Of a DNA stretch of 64,000 nucleotides, positions 26,019 to 37,630 are shown piece after piece. A model generated the notes under the pieces. It ran no database searches and was not told the DNA's origin. It worked only from the letters and a program-made list of their open reading frames with translations. Made by a program: the position numbers and the translations under genes. The DNA lies in the NCBI GenBank assembly GCA_965202585.1, contig OZ241832.1, forward strand, positions 16,678,001 through 16,742,000, written 5' to 3'. This stretch comes from Thalia democratica. Its lineage: Eukaryota. Position 1 is the stretch's first letter. Each line of letters starts with the position of its first letter.

Positions 26019-28253
26019 TTAACAGATATAATTGTTAACAGCACATGCATATAAGTTCGATTCCCATTCAGGTGAGTCAATTCCATCTGTCCAAACATTA
26101 GTGTCTAGGTTGTAGATTTCCATAGATTCTGGGAAGCCGTATGATCCACCAATAACATAAACGAGGTTTCCAACCCTGCAACAAGCGAAATTGCTTCTAG
26201 CGTGTTTCATTGGAGCCATCATTACAAATTTGTTTGTATCTGGTGAATACATCTCAACAAAGTTCAGATTACTTCCTTCATATTGTCCTCCAAACACAAA
26301 CAACTTATCTTTATAAACGATGGATTCGTGACAATGTTTTGCTTGTATCATTTTTACTGTTGATAAAGACGTAGTTTTTGAAACTGGATCATACACTTGT
26401 ATTGTGTTGACTGGTTCGAAGAATGCATTACCATCATATTTTTTTTCTAATCCCCCGACAATCCAAAACTGATTAAAGTAGTGAACAATAGTAAAATACA
26501 AGTTGTCTGTCTCAAGATTGCAGTCGACCAATTCTTTGTTTTTAGTATCTAACAACTTGCAAAAGGGATCAAGATAATCTCGAAAAACCAATAAATTGTT
26601 TCCAGCTAGGCATGATGCATAAAAGCGATTCCTTCGATCTGGATCAGATGCAACTGGTGGTAACTTGTAAAACTCGTTGTCCAGTGTTGAAATTCCTTTC
26701 ATGTCAATTACGTAGATTTTGTTGTTGATTTCATAAATTCCACGTATGTCACCTACTAACTGTGGATATTTGTTTATTCTAACCCACTTTTTATCATCTA
26801 TCAAATACTGGTAGCTGTATTCATTGTCGAAACTTGCAACCACGATGGCTTTTGCTCCTGTTCGATCATCTTCGGTAATTTTCACGCTTTTACCTAACAT
26901 TTTTATGTTAAACTTTAAATCGGTTAGCAGAAAATAAATTTTTATAAGAATAAATAGTTTAAATTGTACAAAGTATGTTTTCCATTATCTTTGAAAAAAT
27001 TCATTGAGTTTCAGAAGCGTTGTTTTTAGTTGTAACATTAAAAACTTGATAGTTTTTAATGATTTTGTAAGAATAATTACTTAGTACCAATAATTTAATT
27101 ATCAAAGGTTTTTCACATGTATGTACTGACACTAAATAGTATATTTCTATTAATAATATTAAAAATTAAATTAGTGTATAGGTGTTGGTACTGTTTAAAT
27201 AAGAATAAAGTTTTAGTAAAGATCTAAAGTTTTTAATTTAGTTGATACAATTGAAAGTAGTGTTTATAAAAAACAGTTTAATGAATGAGTTATTTTGATT
27301 TCTTTATATCATTTTCAATGTGTCATCGTAGTTATTATTTCATGTTGTTTATTACAACATGTTTGCTTACGAATTAACTTTGAGAATTGAGCTGAATTAC
27401 TTATATATACAAGTTGTATGCTCGAATGATAATCTATTAAACCATGTGCTAAGCAAAGTAAAAATAAATAGCTCAAATTATAACATAAAAAAATTTAAAA
27501 TATGAAAATTGAAAAAGTTAAGGTCACTTAAACGATTTTTTTCTTTACTTTTGATCCTTTATTAGCACCAGTTTTGATATTTGTCATAGTTTTAAGTTTT
27601 TTTTAACTAGCACAACTTCTACAGATAACAGAAGTATTTTAACTAGCTTTGTAATGAAATCTAAAAAAAACGTCTTACTTTTGTTGCAAACCTAAACTAA
27701 CTCTGTAGAGCAGTGTTTTATAAGCTGAAAAATATTATAAGTTGTACAACATAAATATTAACTTACTTGTACTTATGATATCTCCATCCAGACTTTTAGT
27801 TGAAGAAAATTTTTCTTCTAAACTCTTTATTTGGGATTTCAAAACTTTGTTTTTCACTTCTTCATTTTCCAGTTTTATGCGCAAATTTTCTTTTTCATCA
27901 GAGGACTTTTGTAAATTTTCTTCCAACTGTAAATTCTTGTTTTCAAGATTTTCAATTCTTTCGGTGAACATTTTTTGCAGGTTTTTTGTGGATTCTTCGT
28001 AAAATTTTAAAATGCTTTTAGTTTCATCAGATGGTCCTCTGTACACAGATTCTTCATCTTCTTTTTTAGAAGGGTAAAGTTTTTTCACAAAATTGTTTCT
28101 TGTAACTTCAGATCTACATTCAGGACAGGTTGAATTGGTATCCAACCACTGTTGGAGACACCCATTGTGATACAGATGTCCGCAGTTCAAGACTGATATT
28201 TCTTCAGTACAAAAATTTATATCTTCTTGACAAATTACACAAGTTATTGACAT
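26019..28253 (-). CDS. RING-H2 / coiled-coil / Kelch protein, copy B, intact; exons 28253-27767 and 26893-26019; 453 aa if no extra exon
   Basis: Exon 1 is 487 nt ending ACA A|GTAAGT (phase 1). Acceptor ...aaaatgttAG|GT AAA AGC (phase 1), with a CTAAC upstream, joins the Kelch frame. The total of 1362 nt is an open frame, and the junctions match copy A. Confidence 0.82.
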
Positions 28254-28959
28254 TTTTAATGTTCTGTATCAAAATTTTTAATTTTCTAGTTTTATAGATC
28301 AAAATATATAATATGTCGTTTTTAAAGTTTTATGTAAAAATAAAGTTTTAGTTTTTGTTATATAGTACGTAAAACTAATACGATAAAAAGCTATATATTA
28401 TAACTGATTTACACATGAATAGTTAAATTTTCAATGATTAATTTTATAAAGATGCATAATAGGATATAGATTGCACTACACTCAACTTATTGTAACTACT
28501 CAGCATAAGTAAATACTACTTTATTTACTTAATATGTTATAAATACTAAATTATATTTTAAATTACTTTATAAGAATCAGACAAGACAAATTGAACTGAG
28601 TAATGTATCTTTTATAAAAAAACGACCCAATAATATGACAAATCTCTATTTCAAAAATATAGTTACTTTTTGAAACTTTTACAAATCACTTGACCAAAGT
28701 GCAACTTAATAATAAACCTAGTTTTAGTGCACTAAACTATAAAACAATTAAAAAATTTTCAACTATTAAAATCTTTTTCAAAAGACTTCAAACAATTAAC
28801 GAAAGCTTTAATAAAAACTTTTTTTTAAGCAAAAAATATGAATCTCTTAATAAAGTATATAACATTTAAATGTAACTAAAATAATATAAAGCGTTTAACA
28901 TAAAACCTTTATGTTAATTCAATATTCAAACAATATCTACAACAACATACATAAAGAAG

Positions 28960-31760
28960 TTCTAGATGAGAATTCTTTCAGTAGATCTTTTACACAGCTT
29001 GGAAAAACACAACTGACTGCACAAGTTAATGTCTTTGTCAGAGTTTTTCACGCCCGACTAACCCTTGTTCTCTTTGGCTTATTAAACTGTTACAACATCA
29101 TAAATTGACTTCCAAATATGGTCGTTTTGTCTGGCGCTTGTGTTCAGGGTTCAAAACAATGAATAATGCAAGTAAGTTAAGTACTTAATAACAGCATACT
29201 ATTAAAAAAAAATTATAGCTAGCACTATTTGTGTGTTAAACTATCTCGTATAGTTTTTTAACATGGTTGCCAATATTTGAGTGAAAGAACTGGCCGGCAT
29301 TAGTTTATACAAATGATTCCCTAATTCTCTAAAACCTTTTGTCAGAAGTTAAAAATATTTACTCTAATTATTTATTAGATATTACCCCTTGAATAGCTAG
29401 TTACCAATTTATTTGATTGTCAATTTACTATTTAACTCTAGAAGTGGCCAAAACCGCCAACTTTGGGAAACTGTGATTTAAACTTTTTCAAGCAAGAAAA
29501 AAACAATTTTGTAGCTATTATTTGAATTAAAAAAAACTTTAAGCAACATTAAGAAATATTCTTTCTAGAAGCAAGAAAGTCAGTTTGATGGCATAAACAT
29601 GTTTGATTACTAACAAACTAACTTAAGTTTTTAAAAACTTAACTAAACTTGTATTATGAACAACATTTTAGAGTATAATTGTTATATAATCTTCAGCACA
29701 TAAAAGTCAGTATCATAAACTACAGAAAAAAAAATCCTAGAATGAAATGATCCTGAAGTCAAAAATCCTAGCTTGCAATTATGAAAAAATAAACTATGCT
29801 GACTTTAACAAGCAAAATCTTGCAAACAAACTGATTTAAATGATTGAATTTTTGAGGTCTTTAAATGATCAACAAATAAAAAAACCATAGCTAATTTACA
29901 TACCGCACATAAATTAAGAAATCAACTACTTTAAAACATCAAAGTTGAAATAATAGTTTGTTAAATATTAGATAAGTAAAAAGAGTGTTTTTTTTTCGGT
30001 TTATTTCTTATATTTAGATAAGGTTAACAAATTATGACTGATTACGACATAAATAGTTTAATATTCCTTGATGAATTTTATTGATAAACATATTATTGCT
30101 ATTGAAAAATAACTAGGCAACAGCAGTGTGCTTAACCTTCTGATGTAGTCTTCTAACACAGTTGCCATAATTAGTAGAACAACAACTAGTTTGAATTAAT
30201 TTGTATCATAAATTTCCTTACTTTCATAATTGCACATTGCAAGAAACAAAAAAAAAAGTTGCCAATGTTTGTTAAACAGCCACTTTTTAGCTTTTTTTTA
30301 TTTTTTTATAACCCACTCACTATTAATGCCCCAGGTAGCCTAAATTGCCCACATTGGGACTTTAAAACTATCCTGAGCAAAAATGTCAAAAAAAAGTAAA
30401 ATAACTAATAAAAAGTTTTGAATCTCATGTTTCTTGTTAGGCACTCAGAAAAAAAGCCTGCTTGGTGGCTGAGATTTAAGTTAAAAAAAATTTATGACAA
30501 AACTAAATATTAAAGTAATACCAAGATAAAAAAAAATATACAAAAAAAACTAATAACAACTTTTTTTAACGTCATAAAATTAGCCTAAGATTTTGGAAAA
30601 AGTTAAGTTAACCTAAAATTTGTAAAAAACTTTAAACAAACCTGAGTATGCTGATTTTTATTTAAATTTAAAGTTTATAACAAAAATACTTAACTATATT
30701 ATACAACAAAATTTGATAGCAAAAAAGTAAATTAACTACTTAAGCCACCAAAGTTAGTAAAAAATTAATGAAAACATTAATTTAAATAATGAAGTCTTTT
30801 TTGTTACTTTTGGTTATATTTCTTACATAGTAAAATAAAAATAAAGTCATAATTTGTTTAAAATAAGTTGTATTTTTTACTTCTTATATAAGCACTTAAA
30901 AGTATTTTACTCAAAAGTTTAAATTCAAATTAGTAGTATTATTGAACACTAAATATTAGATAACTTACTAGCACTCTTAAAACATTAATGTTTGAGTTTA
31001 TCAGAAAAACTTATTTATAAACTTAATATTGATTTGTAATATATATTTTTTGTATCCTAATATGCTATTCTTAGCTGTTTTACCTACAACTGATTAAACT
31101 TAATGTCTCTACCTTGTAATAAAGTTTCACTTTAAAAAGTTTCTGGTAATATTTTTAATTTGTTTCAATTATATATTTAGTTAAAAACACTTAATATTAC
31201 TTAGTAGATAAAATCTTTTTTATTTTATTTATCAAAGTTCACTCTTTAAAACAAACATTTATGACAGAAGTTTAAAAAATCATGTAGTTAGTACAGTAAA
31301 TACTACAAACATGTTAATGAATTTTGAATACTGAACAAACTATTAAGAAAATAAAACAATTTAACTAAGAATAATGTAAGTATAAAAAAATCAGTAGTAA
31401 CTAACATGAGAATTAAAAATAACCAATATAGCCTGTATATAACAGCTTGAAACTTACATATGTTTTTTTTAGACTAAAATTGTTTGAAAAAGCACAACTA
31501 CTCAGTAATTTTTTGAAGTACATATAATATTTTTATTTTAAAAAAAAAATATTTTTAAATGTTTTCAGTTAAGTAGAAAGTTCCCTTGAAAATAAAATTT
31601 ATTTTATGCAGAATTAATTATTTCATAATTTTTTTTTCAATTTTAAAATTATGTGACTCAGAAATTTCTTTTTTAATTTCTGCAGATTTATCAAAAAATA
31701 ATGTTTTATTAAAACAAACCTTACTCAGACATTTAACTTAGAAAGTATTACAATTTTAAG
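28960..31760 (+). mobile_element. Possible highly decayed LINE (APE endonuclease/RT-like) forming the duplicated unit
   Basis: Only loose peptide-like remnants interrupted by stops (SRSFTQLGKTQL...SLPNM; YTDFNKQNLSNKLI in the second copy) resembling CR1/L2 ORF2 segments. Inference, not confirmed by search. Confidence 0.3.
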
Positions 31761-34510
31761 GAAATAATATTCAAGGCATAACAAAGTATTGGCTTATAAG
31801 GTTGTGGCGATATCATCATTTCACTTCCAAATATGTACGTTCTGTCTTTCTCTCATATTCAGGGTTCAAAACAATGAATAGTGCAACGAAATGAAGCCTT
31901 CAATTATAGTATACTGTTTAAATAAAATTATAGCCAGCAACATTTGTGTGTTAAACTATCTTTTATAGTTTTCCAATATGGTTGCCAATATTAGAAGTGA
32001 AAGAACTAGCCTGTATTAGCTTATACCAGAGTTTCCAGTTTATACCAGAGTTTCTATAAACACTCTTTTCAGAAATTAAATTTTTTACTGTCATTTTTTA
32101 TTAGATATTACCTTTTGACTAGCATTTACCAATTTACTTGATTGTCAATTTACTTAGTAATGACATAAGTGGCCAAAATTGCTAATTTTTGGAAACTGTA
32201 ATTTAAACTTTCTTTAGCAAGAAAATAATCTTTTTAATAGCTGTTAATTTAATTTAAATGAAAAAACTTTTTGCAACATTTAGAAACATTCTTCCTAGAA
32301 GCAAGAAAGTCAGTTTGATGGCAAAAAACATAACTGATTACTAACAAACTAGCTTAAGTTTTTAAAAACTTAACTAAACTTGTAGTATGAGCAACATTTA
32401 AAAAGTATTATTGTTATATAATGTTCAGTACTTAAAAGTCAGTATCATATACTACAGAAAAAAATAATCCTAGAATAAAATGATCCTGAAGTCAAAAATC
32501 CTAAATTGCAATTATGGAAAAATAAACTATACTGACTTTAACAAGCAAAATCTTTCAAACAAACTGATTTGAATGATTAAATTTTTTAAGTCTATAAATG
32601 ATCAACAAATAAAAACCAAATCTAACTAAAAAGCTCAATACCGCACATAAATTAAGAAATCAACTACTTGAAAAAACCAAAAACAAAATAAAATTTTGTT
32701 TTATAATAAATAAATATATAGATTGTTTTTTTTTTTATTTCCGGTTTATTTCTTATATTTTGATGATGTTTACAGATTATGACTGGTTAAGACATAAATA
32801 GTTCAATTTTTCATAATAATTTTTATAAATAAACATACTATATCATTAAAACTAACTAGGCAACAGCAGTGTGTTTAATTTCTTATATACTCTTCTTACA
32901 GAGCTGACACTATAAGAAGCATAAGAACTAGTTTAAATTAATTTGTACCATAATTTTCCTTACTTTCATAATTTCACATTGCAAGAAACAAAAAAAAAAC
33001 AGTTGCCAATGTTTGTTAAACGGCCACTTTTTAGCTTTTTTAATTTTTTTATAACTCACTATTAACGCCCTAGGTAGCCTAAATTACCCACTTTGGGAAC
33101 TTTAAAACTATCCTTAGTAAAAAAAGTCTCTCTGAAAGAAAAATAACTAAGAATTCTCTTTTAAATCTCAAGTTTCTAGTTAGGCACTCAGAGAAGTAAA
33201 AAAGCCTGCTTGGTGGCTGAGATTTAAATAAAATAAATTTATGACAAAACTAAAAATTGGAGTAATAGCAGGATAAAAAAATAAAAAAAAATTAGCCTGA
33301 CATTTTGGAAAAAAATTAAACTAACTTAAAAATTGTAAAAAATCTATAAACAAACCTGAATATGCTTATTTTTATTTAAATTTAAAATTTATAATTAAAA
33401 ACAAAAAAAAAAAACATAACTATCTTATAAAACTAAATTAAATAGTAATAAATTTTTTAAACTACTTAAACCACCAAAGTTATTAAAGTACTAATGAAAA
33501 AATTAATTTAAGTAATGAAGTCTTTTTTGTTACTTCTGGTTCTATTTCTTACATAGTAAAAATGAAAATAAAGCCATAATTTTTTTAAAATAAGTTGTAT
33601 TTTTTTTTTTTTTTATATAAGCACTTAAAAATTTTCCTCAAAAGTTTAAGTTCAAATTAGTAGTATTACTAAAGACTAAACATTAGAAAACATACTAGCA
33701 CTCTTAAAACATTAATGTTTGAGTTTATCAGAAAAACTTATTTATAAACTTAAGATTGATTTGTATTATATATTTTTGTATTCTTATATGTTATTCTTAG
33801 CTGCTTTACCTACAACAGATTCAACTAACTGTCTCTACCTTGTAATACAGTTTCACTTTAAAATTTTTTCTGATAATATTTAAAATTTATTTCAATTAAA
33901 TAACTAGTTAAGAACACTTAATAATACTTTATAGATAAATTTTTTTATTGTATTTATCAAAGTTCACTCTTTTAAACAAATATTTATGACAGAAGTTTAA
34001 AAAATCATGAAGTTAGTACAGTAAATACTACAAATATGTTAATGAAATTTGAATACTGAACAAATTTAAAATAAAATAAAAATATTTAATTATATCCAGA
34101 AGAATAATGTAAGTATAAAAAGATCAGTTGTAACTAAAATGAGAATAAAAAATAGCCAATATAGCCTGTATATAACAGCTTATAACTTACCTTTGTTTTA
34201 TGATACTAAAATATTTAAAAAAAAGAACAATTAGTCAGTAACTTTTGAAGTACATCTAATGTTTTTTTTTTTTTAAATATAATTTTTCAATGTTTTCAAT
34301 TTAGTAGAAAGTTCTTTTCAAAATATATTTTATTTTATCCGCAAAAATAAATAAACCATTCGATTTTTATTTCCTAGCTTTTTTTTAATTTTAAAATTAT
34401 GTGACTCAGAAACTTTTTATTTAATTCCTGCAGATTTACCTAAAATAGTATTTAATAGAACAAACCTTACTCAAAAATCCCCTTTTAGAAAGTGTTACAA
34501 TTTTGTTATA
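29058..34510. repeat. Tandem duplication of a unit of about 2.75 kb (about 29058-31760 and 31824-34510); partial copies at about 21400-23000 and 14830-15510
   Basis: Shared landmarks at a constant offset of about 2750-2770: acttccaaatatg/cagggttcaaaacaatgaat, gaaagtcagtttgatggca, ggtagcctaaatt, aatgaagtcttt, gacagaagtttaaaaaatcatg, tatgtgactcagaaa. Confidence 0.85.
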
Positions 34511-36782
34511 AATAGTAATGTCATAATCTAAGAAATAAGAAAACATTGTTAGTTTGTATAAAACTATAAGAATAGTAACTTAAAATAGTAATATTAATTT
34601 ACTATTTTTAATGTAAACCAATTTCAAATCCTTCGTATTAGAAACATAGAAGTTTTAATCAAATAAGTTTCACTTATACAGGTTAAAAAGCGCAATAAAT
34701 TTATAATAAATAGCTTTAAGCATTTTTCAAGTAAAGTTTGAGGTTCTAATTGAAAGGTAATAAATACAATGCTGCATCTGATTCTCTTACCAAATTTTTA
34801 CATTCTTTAAGTTAACAATCAGTATTCAAAAGTTAGTAGAAAATTAAAGCTAGTACTTTATAATAGGCAAATTTTTAAACTGACATAAAATGCCTGCCAA
34901 TTTTTTCTCTACTTTATTTTATTTCTGGGGTGATACAAGCTGGAGGAAACCCAATTATTAACTGTTAAATAAAGTCGATTTATTATTAATTAAACTTACA
35001 ATAGTTTATGTTTTTAAATAAGAAATAAAAACATGAATAGCTACTAAATAAGATCTTAAAAGTAAAATCATGTATATCAAGAAAATATTTTAAAGTTTCA
35101 TAAGTGTTAGTTTAACATTAAGTATTCATAAGATATCAATTTAAACAACAAGTCACACTACAAAATAGGAATAAATTAAATTTTAAACATTAATTGAATA
35201 TTAAGTAATGCTCTGAAAAAACTGCTATCATTTATTTTGTCAAATCCGGCTTTGTTAAAGTTAACCAAAATTTACTTTAATCTTGTATAAAACTTTAGTA
35301 TGAATAAAATTTTTTATTTTCTACATGTAACTCTTTTTTTTTTTCAAAATAGCCTTGACGAATCCCTGGTTTAATTTGATAAAGCCTTTTTTTAGTTTTA
35401 AAAAGCCAAATTGTTAAAAAATCTTTATGGCTTTCGTAAGATTTAATTTTATTTAATTAATAATAAGAAACTTAAATATAGTGATTAAGAAGATGAATTA
35501 GTTGAGGTATATATTTTTTCAAATCTAAAGTTTTATAGTTTTGTTTATCATAAAGGTCAGGTTATAAAATTGTTATACATAATTTTATACAGCATATATA
35601 AAGCTCAACTTTTTTAAACAGAATTTTTATGAATTTTTCAATTTTGTCTATCTTTTTTCTTAAATTAAAAGTATCACAAAAATTTCAAATCAATATTAAT
35701 TAACAATCATTTTATTGACATATTAAAGATTTAAAAATCCTGACATTAATAAAACGTGCAGGTTTTAATTTTTAAATCTTTTTTTTTTTAATATATTAAC
35801 CTCAATTGATGTTAATTTTGACACAGCTAATTATTTGTATTTTGAGTAACAATAACTCAACAAATTTTTTATTGTATTTTGTTTGACTATTTATCACTAA
35901 TAAAGTTTTATTCTTAATCTTTTTAATGTTAATTTTGGAAATATCATTTAACAGATACAACTTTATTTTTTAACTATAAACTAAATAGTTAAGTGATCAT
36001 TTGATAAATAGGTGTTGTAAAAAAAATAAATGCAAGGTCTTTCTCAAAAATTTCATTAAACAGACACCTGTAACTTGAATAAAAGTTATAAAAAGTATAT
36101 TAAACAAGCTTCAGGTACAGAGTAGTTCTGACATTATATTTATAATTATTTTAATGAAAGTATTTAGAAAAAGGAGTTTTTATTAGAAGATGAAAGCTTA
36201 AATGAATTTTATTTTGGTTAGCTTTGGTGTTTACAACAAAGTTTTTAGACCTAATATGTTATGTTTTTTCATAAAATTTTTCAATCTAGTTTTTTTACCT
36301 GTAAAAACTTATCCAATAAAAAAACTAACTGCTAATTGAAAAGCTAATATTTTGAAACTAATTAGAAAACTAACTATTAATCACCATTTTTTTTCAGGTA
36401 TTTTGTAACTTTTTGAAATAAATGGTTAAGATTAGAGTATCAAAAATATATTATTCAGTACATAAAATAAAGGTTTAGAATTAAACACTATTATATTACA
36501 ATAGCTTTGTTTAATATAAGTTCTTATTTGATAAATTTGTTGTTATAAAAGAAATAATAATAATTATTTGTTATTTTATATTTTTATTATTAAAAGAATT
36601 AGTTTTAAATAATAAATTGTTATCATAAAACTTCATATGTATATACTATTAAAAGTTTTATTTTTCATATGAAAATTATTTTACATTAGTATAGGTATTT
36701 AAATTTTATAAGTATTTCAATATTTTAAGCAAAACCTTTATATTTTTGTTGCATGAATGTGTTTAGTTCTACTAGTTTTAAA

Positions 36783-36822
36783 GTTTACTGATGAAGGACG
36801 GTTGTCCGAAATTAGTTTGAAC
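36783..36822 (+). ncRNA. Minimal type I hammerhead ribozyme of the Penelope-like-element class
   Basis: GUUUA-CUGAUGA-A-GGAC(GGUU)GUCC-GAAA-UUAG-UU^UGAAC. Full catalytic core, 4-bp stem II, 5-bp stem I, and a near-palindromic AUUAGU helix III; AATAAA at 36833-36838. Confidence 0.7.
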
Positions 36823-37630
36823 AAAATGTTGCAATAAACTGGTAGATTTTTAAACTATTGTTTATTTATTTTTGTCTTACTACCGGAAAGGAACTAAAAT
36901 AATGTCATAAAAATTAAAGTTTATAAGCTTGTAAACACTAATGACTACTAAAGTTGTTACTAAACTTATAATAATAAGTTTTAGAGAACCTAGAAAACTT
37001 GTAACATTAAAATTTTCAACTGTAGATTTTATGTATTTATAAAAACTTGTTGCCTTTAAATATCTATGAGAGATAAGTTACTATTTTGAATAATTCAAAC
37101 TAAAGTTTTAATTGAAATAAACTAAACACGCGTCACAAGGGGTCAGCAAAAACCAAAGACTCAGTGGCGCTACAAAGCAAAAGAAAAAATTTTAGCTCGC
37201 AGGTCAATAAATAAAACAAAATTTGGCTGCAGATATTCAAAACAATAGTTTAACTATTAAAAAAATGTAATACAAAAATGTAAGAAAATATATAAGCTTA
37301 TTTTTCTACATAATTTGCGTAAACTACTTACAAATAGTAGAATTAAATTCATTAATCGAAAATGTTAATGCGTTTTTTTACTTATAGGCAATAAAAGTTT
37401 TAAAAGAAATAAATTATTAGCTTAAAATTATGTTGACATGTGTGACTTAATTTTTAACACTACTAATTATATAAATAATCTTTACCAATCTAACGTTGTA
37501 AATTAAACATATGTTTTTAAATATTTAAATTTAGTATTAAAATTTGTTTTTAACCTAATTTCATTTATAAATTGTAACATAATTATATAAGTTTTAATAC
37601 AAATGAATAACTTTTAGTCTAAGGTATAAA

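Larger units (their letters stand above)
15850..30900. repeat. Segmental duplication: about 15850-23000 (copy A) versus about 25680-30900 (copy B), covering the RING-Kelch gene and both flanks
   Basis: Collinear similarity downstream of the gene, through the intron and upstream (e.g. aaatctctattt...aaatcacttg...aacttaataataaacc at about 19570-19650 and 28640-28720). Boundaries are approximate. Confidence 0.8.
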
